Source of the DNA: Candidatus Cloacimonadota bacterium
GTDB taxonomy: Bacteria; Cloacimonadota; Cloacimonadia; Cloacimonadales; WRIO01
Direction of reading: 5' to 3'
NCBI GenBank assembly: GCA_029564175.1
Contig: JAKQQL010000067.1
Location: 1 to 36,338, forward strand
Length of the DNA: 36,338 nt
Shown: piece by piece, positions 8,004 to 17,863 of the stretch
Layout of the letters: every line of letters starts with the position of its first letter
How positions within the stretch are numbered: the first letter of the stretch is position 1
The notes under the pieces: generated by a model
What the model was told of the DNA's origin: nothing
Database searches by the model: none
Seen by the model: the letters and a program-made list of their open reading frames with translations, nothing else
Program-made: the position numbers and the translations under genes

Positions 8004-10922
8004 ATGAAAAAAAATATAATTTATCTTCTATTGTTAATATTTATAAATATCTCTGCAATCCCGCTTATGCAAATTGAAACAGCTGACATTAATCTGGTAT
8101 ATTACAGCAGTTTACATGATTTCATAATACCCCATACGCTTAAGACTCATCATAAAACATGGGGTTATGACAAGGGTTTCTGGAATTATATACCAAATGA
8201 AAAGCCTGTTTATTTCATTAATGATTTTTCTGATTATGGCAATGGAGGTGCTACCGGCTTACCGCAAAATTATATCATGTTAAGTCTTGCCCCATCTATA
8301 AATGCCTTTGACATGTTACCTCAGACTGAGCGGGTGCAAATGTTGGTTACTCATGAAGTTACACATATAATCGCTATGGACCAGTCAAACAATCAGTTAA
8401 AGTTTAATCGAAAACTTTTTTTAGGCAAACCGAATACAGATAAGAATCATCCGGAGACTGTTCTATACAGTTATCTGACTGTACCAAGATACTTTGCACC
8501 ACGATGGTATCATGAAGGAATTGCCGTTTTTATGGAAACCTGGCAAAATTACGGGATTGGTAGAAGTCTCGGGGCTTATGATGAAATGGTCTTCAGGGCA
8601 TTAGTAAATGACAATCAGAAGATTTTTACGCCATTTGATTTAGAGGCTGAAGGTACAGCGATCGATTTTTCTATGGGAGGCATATCATATATCTATGGCA
8701 CCCGTTTTATAAGTTATCTCGCAATTACCTACTCCCCTGAAAAGGTAATCGAATGGTATAATATTAATAAATCACAGAAATTTAATTTTGAATCTGCTTT
8801 TAAAAAGACTTTTGATAATGACTTAATCAGTGTTTGGAATGACTGGATCAGTTATGAAAAAAAATGGCAAAAGGATAATTTAGATGTTATTGCAAGTAAT
8901 GCTTTGACAAACTCAAGTCATATTTCAGATAAACTGAATGGTTCTTTCTCAAAAATGTTTTATGATGAAGTCGATCAACTCATCTATGCCGGGTATAAGC
9001 CTTATAATGGAAAACCACAAATCGTAAGTTTTGATTTACAAGGAAATGTTAAAAAACTGAGTGATATTTCCAATGCTGCAAGCTATACGGTTACATCCTT
9101 AGCTTTTAATCCAACAGACAGAATTTTGTATTATACGACAGACAACTGGAAATTCAGAGATCTATGGCAATATGATATAAACAACCATAAAAAGACCCTT
9201 CTGATAAAAAATCTCAGAGCTGGTAACTTTGCTTTTAAACAACAGGATAAAACCCTTTGGGGTATCCGGCATAATAACGGAATTTGTACGCTTATCAAAC
9301 TTGAGGCACCTTACACTGACTGGACAGCCATCCATGTCTTTCCTTATGGTGAAGATATTTATGATCTGGATATAAGCCCTGATGGCAAGAAATTAATGGG
9401 TATTAAGACCAATCTTAACGGTAACAATCAGATCGTGATTTATGATTTTGACAAGATGAATCAAAAAGATTTTACTTACACAGAGCCTATTGATTTTGGT
9501 GAATCAGCACCAAACAATTTTGTTTTTTCAAAAGACGGAAATTCTATCTATGGCAGTTCATACTATACCGGTGTGAGTAATCTGTTTGAGCATAATCTTT
9601 TAAATGAAACAACCAATGTGATCACCAATACAAAAAATGGACTATTCAGACCGGTTTTCATCTCAAACGATACTCTGCTGGCGATTGAATACAAATCAAT
9701 TTATGGTTTCAGACCTGTAAAGGTTTTCCCGCATCAGGAGACCAAAGTAAAAGCGATCAGATATATGGGACAGGAGATTGTAAATAAACATCCACAGGTT
9801 AAAGACTGGACGGTTAAAAATGATACAGAGTATAGCTTTAAAGATTATAAGACTATGCGAAAGCCCTATAGTTTTATCAAAAATCTTGAATTATCTTTAT
9901 GGCATCCCATTGTAACAGGATATAAGGATTATACTGCTTACGGAGTCAGAACACTCTTTGTAGATAAAACCAGCCTTTTAAATGTTGACGCAGAAATATC
10001 TTACTCTCCTGCCACATCTTTACCAGAAAACAAAAAACTACATATCAAGACAGATATCAGATATTTCTCCTGGAATTTTGGTTTTAAACATAACTTCTCC
10101 TATTTCTATGACCTGTTTGGTCCGCAAAAACAATCCGGAAAAGGAACTCGATTTGAAATAACAAATACCAAAAACCTGTTTAATGACGAAACCATTACCT
10201 TTAACACAACACCTGGCGTGTACGCTACCTTTAACAGTGATGAAGTGACACAAAATGTAAAATCAGAACAAGACGGGATCTACAGTGCTGATAATCTGAT
10301 TACCCTGAGTAATACTAAAAGAACCCTTGGTGCAATTGAATCTGAGTATGGTTATGACTTTAATCTATATACCGGATTAGAATTGATAGAGGATGAGAAA
10401 TTCTCAAAAGCCTGGTTAAAAGCTGACTTTGGTTTTATCACGCCAGTAAAAAATATGCATGTATGGCTTCGTACTTATACCGGAAAAGCATTTGGAAATA
10501 AGAATTCGCCTTATGCGTATTATTATTTCGGTGGCTTTAAGAATAACTACATTGATAATAAAAATACCAGACAATACAGGACTTTAAGCTCATTTGCAGG
10601 TTGTGATATCAATAACATCTCAGCGAATGACTTTGTTAAAGGACAAATTGAACTCAATCTCCCACCTGTCTATTATCTTAAATTCAATAACCTGCATTTG
10701 ATACCAAAACATATACAAACTTCTTTGTTTGCTGGAGTACTTCAATCCGGAATAGAAGATATTATAAAGGATAACCGATATTATAATATTGGTATTCAGA
10801 CAGATGTGAATTTTATCTTATTGTCTCAGCTGAAGTCAAGTTTGTCTTTTGGATTTGCCAGAGCTTATGACACAGATAAACATTTTGACGAATTGATGAT
10901 CAGTTTGAGCTTGTTCAACTAA
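8004..10922 (+). CDS. Putative outer-membrane protein: signal peptide, HExxH zinc metallopeptidase domain, TolB/PD40-like beta-propeller, C-terminal beta-barrel
   Basis: Signal peptide MKKNII...ISA; THEVTH with downstream PRWYHEGIAV (gluzincin third ligand); propeller-like repeats (LAFNPTD, LDISPDGKKL, FVFSKDGNSIY); C-terminal amphipathic aromatic strands with YYFGG, ending ISLSLFN. Confidence 0.8.
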   Translation: MKKNIIYLLLLIFINISAIPLMQIETADINLVYYSSLHDFIIPHTLKTHHKTWGYDKGFWNYIPNEKPVYFINDFSDYGNGGATGLPQNYIMLSLAPSINAFDMLPQTERVQMLVTHEVTHIIAMDQSNNQLKFNRKLFLGKPNTDKNHPETVLYSYLTVPRYFAPRWYHEGIAVFMETWQNYGIGRSLGAYDEMVFRALVNDNQKIFTPFDLEAEGTAIDFSMGGISYIYGTRFISYLAITYSPEKVIEWYNINKSQKFNFESAFKKTFDNDLISVWNDWISYEKKWQKDNLDVIASNALTNSSHISDKLNGSFSKMFYDEVDQLIYAGYKPYNGKPQIVSFDLQGNVKKLSDISNAASYTVTSLAFNPTDRILYYTTDNWKFRDLWQYDINNHKKTLLIKNLRAGNFAFKQQDKTLWGIRHNNGICTLIKLEAPYTDWTAIHVFPYGEDIYDLDISPDGKKLMGIKTNLNGNNQIVIYDFDKMNQKDFTYTEPIDFGESAPNNFVFSKDGNSIYGSSYYTGVSNLFEHNLLNETTNVITNTKNGLFRPVFISNDTLLAIEYKSIYGFRPVKVFPHQETKVKAIRYMGQEIVNKHPQVKDWTVKNDTEYSFKDYKTMRKPYSFIKNLELSLWHPIVTGYKDYTAYGVRTLFVDKTSLLNVDAEISYSPATSLPENKKLHIKTDIRYFSWNFGFKHNFSYFYDLFGPQKQSGKGTRFEITNTKNLFNDETITFNTTPGVYATFNSDEVTQNVKSEQDGIYSADNLITLSNTKRTLGAIESEYGYDFNLYTGLELIEDEKFSKAWLKADFGFITPVKNMHVWLRTYTGKAFGNKNSPYAYYYFGGFKNNYIDNKNTRQYRTLSSFAGCDINNISANDFVKGQIELNLPPVYYLKFNNLHLIPKHIQTSLFAGVLQSGIEDIIKDNRYYNIGIQTDVNFILLSQLKSSLSFGFARAYDTDKHFDELMISLSLFN

Positions 10923-11908
10923 TGATTTACTTATTTAGCTTTTTGCCTTCAATTCTGTGTCTGATAACTTTTTGGTTTTTAGATAACTTTAGTTTAGTTT
11001 CATTCAAACGGCTCATACTATATTTTGTTTTAGGGGTTATGTCGGCTATCTGTGCTTATTACATCAATAGTTTTGCTTATAAGCTGATTTTAAATGACAA
11101 GATATTTACCGGTATCTTTGCACCATTGTCTGAAGAGTTTTTAAAGACACTCATCATATTGTTTTCATTTCGGTATAACAAGATCGGTTTTTTAACAGAG
11201 GCAATATTACTGGCATTTATCGCAGGCATTGGTTTTGCTACTTTCGAGAATCTTTGGTATATTCATAATTTTACCGAATCAAACCTATTCCTGTGGTTAA
11301 TCAGAGGAAGCGGTACCGCCTTGTTACATGCAAGTTCTACGATTGTATTCAGTATTATCTACTTTTTTACCAAAGAGAAAAAGAAGGGAAACTATCCACT
11401 GGCATTACTTTCAGCAATCGTGATTCATTCTGTATTTAATCTTCCGTTCATTCCTGTTATGCCAAAGGTGTTGATACAGTTAGTTTTACTGCCTGTTTTA
11501 GTATATGGCTTGTTTTTTCTTAGCGAGAAGAAACTAAACTTATGGATGGAAAAAGATTTTGAAAAAGACTTTGAACTTCTGGAAATGATTAAATCGGGAA
11601 ATTTTTCTAATACCAAATACGGTAAATATTTAGCTACAATATCAGAAAGTTTTCCTCCTCTGGTCAAAGTGGATATATTTTGCTATGCTATCCTTTATAT
11701 AGAGTTGAGCTTTTATGCAAAAGGGCTTCTGCTGATGAAAGAAGTCGGACTTGAAACAAAGATTCAACAGAACGAAATTGATAAATTAAATGAATTAAAA
11801 GAACTGGAAAAAAATATAGGGAAAAGTGCCATCAGAGTTTTAAGACCAATTCTTCCTGATTTTAATAAAAAAATGTGGCAGGTCTTTTTTTTAAGGGATA
11901 ATTTGTAA
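10922..11908 (+). CDS. PrsW-family intramembrane glutamic/metallo-protease with C-terminal soluble extension
   Basis: APLSEEFLK (EExxK), GIGFATFEN (FxxxE), ALLH and IHSVFN (HxxxN) motifs; multiple TMs; start overlaps the upstream stop (TAATG). Confidence 0.88.
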   Translation: MIYLFSFLPSILCLITFWFLDNFSLVSFKRLILYFVLGVMSAICAYYINSFAYKLILNDKIFTGIFAPLSEEFLKTLIILFSFRYNKIGFLTEAILLAFIAGIGFATFENLWYIHNFTESNLFLWLIRGSGTALLHASSTIVFSIIYFFTKEKKKGNYPLALLSAIVIHSVFNLPFIPVMPKVLIQLVLLPVLVYGLFFLSEKKLNLWMEKDFEKDFELLEMIKSGNFSNTKYGKYLATISESFPPLVKVDIFCYAILYIELSFYAKGLLLMKEVGLETKIQQNEIDKLNELKELEKNIGKSAIRVLRPILPDFNKKMWQVFFLRDNL

Positions 11909-11984
11909 ATCCAGAAGAGCAGGGTACTTCATTATCGTGGCTAATGAACTTTTTTATAAAGGTTCGGAGTTTTTTTTAAGTAAT

Positions 11985-12014
11985 AAAAAAGGCTCTGCCA
12001 AGGCAGAGCCTTTT
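11985..12014. terminator. Bidirectional intrinsic terminator between convergent PrsW-family gene and hcp
   Basis: AAAAAAGGCTCTGCC-AA-GGCAGAGCCTTTT. Confidence 0.85.
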
Positions 12015-12027
12015 AGAAGCAGAAGGA

Positions 12028-13677
12028 TTACTTCCCTTGCATCATTAAATCGATATCGGTTTTCCAGTCAGTCGTTTTCTGGAGATTGAATTTTTCAACG
12101 ATAAAGTTCGCTACATTTGGAGAAAGGAAAGCGGGCAGGGTTGGCCCAAGATGAATGTTTTTCACACCAAGATGTAAGAGAGCCAGTAATACAGCCACTG
12201 CTTTTTGCTCATACCAGCCGATATCAAAGGATAAAGGCAGATCGTTCAGACTTGCCAAACCAAAGGCTTCCTGCAATTTTAAAGCGATAACTGCCAATGA
12301 ATAGGAATCGTTACACTGGCCGGCATCCAGTACTCGTGGAATACCTTCAATATCACCCAGATTCAGTTTTATATAACGGTATTTTGCACAACCGGCTGTC
12401 AGAATAATCGTACCTTCAGGCAGGTTTTTAGCCACATCAGTAAAGATTTCTCTTTCCTTATGACGACCATCACAGCCACCCATAACGACAAAGCGTTTAA
12501 TCTTACCGGCTTTGACCAGTTCAATCACTTTACCAGCCACTGAAAGTACTGTATTATGAGCAAATCCACCAGTGATAGTGCCTGTTTCCAGTTCAGTAGG
12601 AGGCTGGCAATTTTTAGCCATTTCAATCAGTTTAGAGAAATCTTTTGGTTTCCCATCCACTCTGTCAGGGATATGTTCACAGCCTTCATATCCGGCCATA
12701 CCGGTTGTAAACATTCTATGCAGGTAGTCTTTCTTGGTTGGCACAATACAGTTGGTTGTCATGAGAATCACGCCATTAAATGCTTCAAAATCTTCTTTCT
12801 GATGCCACCAGGAGCTCCCATAGTTGCCCACAAAGTGTTTATACTTCTTGAATGCAGGATAGTAATTGGCAGGCAACATTTCGCTGTGCGTATAGACATC
12901 CACACCAGTTCCTTCGGTCTGCTTGAGCAGGTCTTCCATATCATGCAGATCATGACCGGAAATGATAATACCAGGATTTTTACCCACGCCAATATTCACC
13001 TGGGTAGGTTCAGGATGACCATAGGATTCCGTATTGGCTTTATCAAGCAAAGCCATTACTTTAACCGCATACTCGCCTGTTTTTAACACAAGTGCAGTTA
13101 GCTCATCAGCAGTCTTAGCCGGATCATTGGTGGCTGCCAACGCTTCAATCAGGAATTGATAAATGGTTTCATCTTCATAACCCAGCATCGCCGCATGATC
13201 ACCATAAGCAGAAATCCCTTTTAGCCCTAAATTGATCAGTTCACGGAGTGATCTGACATCCTCATTCTCAGTTCTTAGTACCCCTACTTTAGCAGCCTGA
13301 GTGGCATAATCTTCCTTGTCCTTTGGAAGCCAATTGTATTCAGCAGGAGAGTCTGCAGGTAATTTACCAATGAGTATTTTTATGTCCTCTCTGTGTTTAA
13401 TGGTAGTATCGATAAAATGGTAGAATTTTTCAGTATCGAAGTTTGCATTGGTAATGGTAGTAAAGTAGTTCTGCATGATAAACAGACCTTCTTTTTTCAC
13501 ATCCACTTTAACGCCTTGTTTCTGAGCAACGAGAATCCAGTAAGCCAGACTTCTCAGATTAGAGATCAGTAAATCTTGTAAATTTGACAGATAATCGGGT
13601 TTTCCACACATCCCCTGTGCGAAACTACAGCCTTTGTTCATTGCAGTTTCCTGACATTGAAAACAAAACATACTCAT
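12028..13677 (-). CDS. hcp: Hybrid-cluster protein (hydroxylamine/NO reductase)
   Basis: [49 protein letters not shown] and WYEQKA motifs. Confidence 0.97.
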   Translation of the reverse strand: MSMFCFQCQETAMNKGCSFAQGMCGKPDYLSNLQDLLISNLRSLAYWILVAQKQGVKVDVKKEGLFIMQNYFTTITNANFDTEKFYHFIDTTIKHREDIKILIGKLPADSPAEYNWLPKDKEDYATQAAKVGVLRTENEDVRSLRELINLGLKGISAYGDHAAMLGYEDETIYQFLIEALAATNDPAKTADELTALVLKTGEYAVKVMALLDKANTESYGHPEPTQVNIGVGKNPGIIISGHDLHDMEDLLKQTEGTGVDVYTHSEMLPANYYPAFKKYKHFVGNYGSSWWHQKEDFEAFNGVILMTTNCIVPTKKDYLHRMFTTGMAGYEGCEHIPDRVDGKPKDFSKLIEMAKNCQPPTELETGTITGGFAHNTVLSVAGKVIELVKAGKIKRFVVMGGCDGRHKEREIFTDVAKNLPEGTIILTAGCAKYRYIKLNLGDIEGIPRVLDAGQCNDSYSLAVIALKLQEAFGLASLNDLPLSFDIGWYEQKAVAVLLALLHLGVKNIHLGPTLPAFLSPNVANFIVEKFNLQKTTDWKTDIDLMMQGK

Positions 13678-13753
13678 GGTTCTACTCCTTTTCTTTTATA
13701 CATGTAATACATCAAAAATCATAAGATTTTCAACATGATTTATATACCTTATT

Positions 13754-13782
13754 AAAAAAAAAGCGGGAGATAGATCTCCCGC
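13754..13782 (-). terminator. Intrinsic terminator of the NhaC-family gene
   Basis: GCGGGAGA stem followed on the minus strand by a 9-T run. Confidence 0.85.
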
Positions 13783-13791
13783 AATTAATAG

Positions 13792-15375
13792 CTATTTTAT
13801 GATATTTCCCTGATCATCAATTTTCTTACCAAAGAATTTGAATACAAGAACAATGACTACTGTACCAAAAGCAATCGAAATCCATGGATTGACACCAAAA
13901 CCGGCAGGTATATAACCAATGATAGCAGAAATCACAGCGATCGTTGTGGCATAAGGTAACTGAGTGTTAACATGTGCAATATGGTCAGAACCGGATGCCA
14001 GAGAGGCAAGGATTGTAGTATCAGAAATAGGTGAACAGTGATCACCATAGATAGCACCGGCAAGAACAGCAGCAATCGTTGCATTCATTAATGGAACTAC
14101 TTCAGTTGGGTTTCCTGCAACAGCCCATGAAATTGGAATTGCAATCGGCATGAGTATCGCCATAGTTCCCCATGAAGTACCGGTAGCAAAGGCAGTACCA
14201 CAGGCAATAAGGAAAATAAGTAATGGAACGACAGGACCACTCAACCATGATTTGGTTACTTCTACGATATAGGTAGCCATACCTAAATCACTTACAACCG
14301 CTTTTATGGTTAATGCCAAGGTTAAAATAATCACCGCATAGAGCATAGATTTAGCACCATTGATCCATGAATCAATAATCTTCCCAAATTTCATTTTTGT
14401 AAATAACAGATTCATTAATATAGCAACCATTGACCCTATCCCTGAAGCCCATGTTAAAACAACAGATGCATCTGCATTACCTAAACAATCTCTAAAAGCC
14501 AAACCTGCTTCATAACCATTATACCATAAACCAAGTACTGTGGACACAATGAAAGCCAGAATAGGTACAACTGCATTCCAGATACTGCCTTTGATACCAG
14601 GATCAGGCAGGATTTCCTTATCATCAGAAATCATCGGTTTTGCACCCTTAGCATATACTTCGCCTGTTTTTCTGGCACGAATCTCTGCCTTAAGCATTGG
14701 ACCATAATCCTTTTTGGTTAAAAGCATTACAAAAATAAAGATTATTAAAAACATAATGTAAAAACGGCCTGGAATTGTTTGAACAAACACTATTAATGGA
14801 TTTGCCTGAATACCAACAGATTCAAGACCTGTTTTAATTAAACCCAATTCAGTGGCAATCCATGTCGATACAGGGATAATGGATGAAATGGCAGCAGCTG
14901 TAGCATCCACAATAAAGGATAGCTTTTCTCTGGAAATATTCTGCGCATCAGTAATTGGACGCATGGTGTTACCGGTAATCATACAGCTTGCATAGTCATC
15001 GATAAAGACAACAGTACCTAAAATGGTGGTAGCAAATTGTGTAGATTGCTTGCTTTTCGCTCTTTTAGCAATTGCTTCGGCAATTGCGACCATACCGCCA
15101 GACTTGTTGATAACACCGACCATACCGCCAATAATCAGACAGAATGTAATAAGACCGGCATTATAAGGATCAGCAATCCCTTTTCCAACAATATACTTGG
15201 AAAACGTATCAAGTAAAGCAGTTCCAGGATTCCAGGCATTCAAGATCATGACACCTGAAAAGATACCAAGCAATAAGGATGGTATCACCTGACGGGTAAC
15301 AATACAGAGAATGATCGCAATAAGCGGTGGTATTATAGATAAAATACCATAGACAACGGCTTCTTGCCCTTCCAT
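13792..15375 (-). CDS. Na+/H+ antiporter NhaC-family transporter
   Basis: FIDDY, SREKLSFIVDATAA, FATGTSWGTM and GDHCSPISDTT motifs; GGAGG RBS before ATG 15375. Confidence 0.92.
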   Translation of the reverse strand: MEGQEAVVYGILSIIPPLIAIILCIVTRQVIPSLLLGIFSGVMILNAWNPGTALLDTFSKYIVGKGIADPYNAGLITFCLIIGGMVGVINKSGGMVAIAEAIAKRAKSKQSTQFATTILGTVVFIDDYASCMITGNTMRPITDAQNISREKLSFIVDATAAAISSIIPVSTWIATELGLIKTGLESVGIQANPLIVFVQTIPGRFYIMFLIIFIFVMLLTKKDYGPMLKAEIRARKTGEVYAKGAKPMISDDKEILPDPGIKGSIWNAVVPILAFIVSTVLGLWYNGYEAGLAFRDCLGNADASVVLTWASGIGSMVAILMNLLFTKMKFGKIIDSWINGAKSMLYAVIILTLALTIKAVVSDLGMATYIVEVTKSWLSGPVVPLLIFLIACGTAFATGTSWGTMAILMPIAIPISWAVAGNPTEVVPLMNATIAAVLAGAIYGDHCSPISDTTILASLASGSDHIAHVNTQLPYATTIAVISAIIGYIPAGFGVNPWISIAFGTVVIVLVFKFFGKKIDDQGNIIK

Positions 15376-15453
15376 AATTCCTCCTATTATATTTTTCAAT
15401 ATATTTATACTTTAAAAAAACAGTAGTGTCAATAAAAAAAAATAATTTTTTTC

Positions 15454-15540
15454 TTGACAGAAAAGTGCATTAGATTTATGGTGTAGTAGTTAAGTATATC
15501 ACTACTTATCTTGATAGTGTGTATAAGAACTGATAACAGG
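15454..15540 (+). promoter_or_regulatory. Putative promoter and YtrA-type operator sites of the GntR-ABC operon
   Basis: TTGACA 15454-15459, 17 nt, TATGGT 15477-15482, overlapping an imperfect palindrome GTGTAGTA-GTTAAG-TATATCAC (15481-15502). A second GTGTATAA...ATAACA site starts near 15519. Confidence 0.5.
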
Positions 15541-15595
15541 CTTATTTATCAGTATTTTAAACTGAAAATTCAGATAACAACATAAAGGAGGATTT

Positions 15596-15970
15596 ATGAA
15601 TGCATTCAAAAGTGATATGCCAATATATCTCCAGATCAGAGAATATATTGAAACAGCTATCCTTGATGGTTCTCTCAAAGAAGAAGAATCATTGCCATCA
15701 TTAAGACAGCTTGCCAAAGATCATGTCTTAAATCCCATCACCATATCCAATGCGATTAACCTATTGGAAAATGATGACATCCTCTACAAAAAAAGAGGAA
15801 TTGGTGTATTTGTTCAAAAAAATGCCAGAAAAAAAATCATTTCAAAAAAAAGTAAAGATTTCCTGAATAATTCCTTAAGCACTACCATTGTAAAAGCAAA
15901 ATTACTGGAAATTCCTGTAGAAACCCTCTTTGACTGTATCAGAAAAATATATGGAGAGAATAATGTTTAG
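15596..15970 (+). CDS. GntR family transcriptional regulator, YtrA subfamily
   Basis: PIYLQI...LPSLRQLA...NPIT...KKRGIGVFV wHTH, short C-terminus, adjacent to ABC genes. Confidence 0.93.
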   Translation: MNAFKSDMPIYLQIREYIETAILDGSLKEEESLPSLRQLAKDHVLNPITISNAINLLENDDILYKKRGIGVFVQKNARKKIISKKSKDFLNNSLSTTIVKAKLLEIPVETLFDCIRKIYGENNV

Positions 15971-16856
15971 TACACTCATGACAGAAGAAAACAATAATAA
16001 AGATGTTCCTGCATTTGAAATCAACCATCTGACCAAGTTTTATAAGACCTTTAAAGCATTGGATGATGTGAATCTCACTTTACCAAAAGGTAAGATTATC
16101 GGATTAATCGGAAAGAACGGAGCTGGAAAGTCAACTTTGATGAGATGTATTCTCGGCTTTCTACATCATGAAGGAGAAATCAAGATCGAAGACATTCAGG
16201 TTTCACACAGAAATCCGGAGATTTTTGAAAAAGTGGCTTTTATACCAGATGTAAACGGACTGGATGACAGATTAACGGTTCAACAAACCATTGACTATAT
16301 CGCATCAGTCAATCCAAAATGGAATCCTGTAACTGCTAATAAACTACTGCAAATCAGTTCTTTGCCGATGAATAAAAAAGTAGGTCAGCTTTCAAAAGGG
16401 ATGAAAACCAAGCTTTACTTATTGGTAACATTGTCACTGGATGTCAATATTCTGCTACTTGATGAACCAACACTTGGATTGGATATTGCTTTTAGAAAAG
16501 AATTCTTTAATACAATCTTAGGAGAATTCTTCAATGAAGACAAAACCATCATTATTTCAACTCACCAGGTTGAAGAGATTGAACCGCTTTTACAAGAAAT
16601 TATCTTTATAGATGAAGGAAAAATCCTGCTTTACGAAGAAGTGGAGCCTCTAAAAGATAAATACAATGTAGTAACGGTTACGAATGATCAGAAAGATGAA
16701 TTTATGAGTTACAATCCAAAACAGGTAACCAGAACACTTGGGCATATCAGCGGTATATTGCCAGCTAATATAGAGTTTGCAAACGCCCAATATTCCAGAC
16801 CTCAGTTGTCAGATATATTTTTAGCAATAGCAGGAGGAAGTAATGAAACAGTTTAA
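15963..16856 (+). CDS. ABC transporter ATP-binding protein (YtrB-like)
   Basis: GKNGAGKS, LSKGMK, LLLDEPT and STH motifs; ATG 15963 has a GGAG RBS and overlaps the gntR stop. Confidence 0.93.
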   Translation: MFSTLMTEENNNKDVPAFEINHLTKFYKTFKALDDVNLTLPKGKIIGLIGKNGAGKSTLMRCILGFLHHEGEIKIEDIQVSHRNPEIFEKVAFIPDVNGLDDRLTVQQTIDYIASVNPKWNPVTANKLLQISSLPMNKKVGQLSKGMKTKLYLLVTLSLDVNILLLDEPTLGLDIAFRKEFFNTILGEFFNEDKTIIISTHQVEEIEPLLQEIIFIDEGKILLYEEVEPLKDKYNVVTVTNDQKDEFMSYNPKQVTRTLGHISGILPANIEFANAQYSRPQLSDIFLAIAGGSNETV

Positions 16857-17718
16857 GGGATTAATGATAAAAGAATGGAATACTTATAAAAACCTTTTTT
16901 TAATACCGGTATGGATTACAGCACTTATCTATGTGCTGATGATTGCCGGTATGATCTATGGATATTATAAACAAGGCACTGTTCATTTTAATCAAGATGC
17001 GATTCAGACAGCTGAACAGGCAAATATTGCCTTTTATTTTGGATCGACAATTATCAGTCTTATACCATTTGTATTGATGATATTTTTTACAATTACTATT
17101 ATCACTAATATGATGAATGATGATTTTAAGAATAAATGTGCCATCTTTCATCTGGCTCAGCCAATCAGCCTAATTAAGATCATTGGAGCAAAACTGGCTC
17201 TGCTCTTCTCAGCAGGATTTTTGATTTCTTTTGCAATTGCCACATTCAATCAAATTGTCTTTTCCATTGCTTTTAATATTTATTCAAAAGCAAATGTATT
17301 GACTGGTTTTCTGGCATTAATCCAGAGTTCTCTTATTAGTATCTTCCCTACCATTTTTATTTGTACTTTCTTTATGATGGCAGCAACACTCTTTATCAAA
17401 AAGCCGGGAATTATTGTTCCGATCCTTTTGGTAACAGAAGTAGTCATAAACATTATAAATAATCTCTGGAATACTACAATTCCTTCTCTGGTTAGCAAAC
17501 TGATCTATCTGGCAGTTGGTAAAACAACAGTTAATGTCTTTGATAATAATAAGTTATTGTACCAGAAAACAACGAATGGTGATTATTCAGTTCTGACTCA
17601 ATCCATTCAGGAAATGTGGCTGAATCTGTTCGACATCGTTAATGTATGGCGTATATTGCTGAGTATTGTGTTTATCATAATTGCCTACTTTCTTTATAAA
17701 AGGCGGGATATTGTATAA
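16843..17718 (+). CDS. ABC-2 type permease
   Basis: About six TM segments, QPIS..KIIGAK motif, C-terminal KRRDI; follows the ATPase. Confidence 0.85.
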   Translation: MKQFKGLMIKEWNTYKNLFLIPVWITALIYVLMIAGMIYGYYKQGTVHFNQDAIQTAEQANIAFYFGSTIISLIPFVLMIFFTITIITNMMNDDFKNKCAIFHLAQPISLIKIIGAKLALLFSAGFLISFAIATFNQIVFSIAFNIYSKANVLTGFLALIQSSLISIFPTIFICTFFMMAATLFIKKPGIIVPILLVTEVVINIINNLWNTTIPSLVSKLIYLAVGKTTVNVFDNNKLLYQKTTNGDYSVLTQSIQEMWLNLFDIVNVWRILLSIVFIIIAYFLYKRRDIV

Positions 17719-17730
17719 ACAGGGTTCATC

Positions 17731-17758
17731 AGGTGCGTTGAAAAACGCACCTTTTTTT
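17731..17758 (+). terminator. Intrinsic terminator
   Basis: AGGTGCGTT-GAA-AACGCACCT-type stem followed by a T run. Confidence 0.85.
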
Positions 17759-17863
17759 ATGTCTTCTTGTTTATTAAGCAATTAAATTGATAAATTTTTT
17801 AAAAAAACATTTGACTTTCTTTTTTATAAGATATACACTTATCTTTATATGAGGGGTGATACT

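Noticed and set aside
12556..13086. 176-aa antisense ORF within hcp, and the other short ORFs nested in or antisense to long genes
   Set aside because: Shadows of well-supported genes, with no recognisable motifs.
13680..13752. AATCAT-N12-ATGATT inverted repeat upstream of hcp as an HcpR/Fnr site
   Set aside because: Short, AT-rich, and does not match a consensus I can vouch for.
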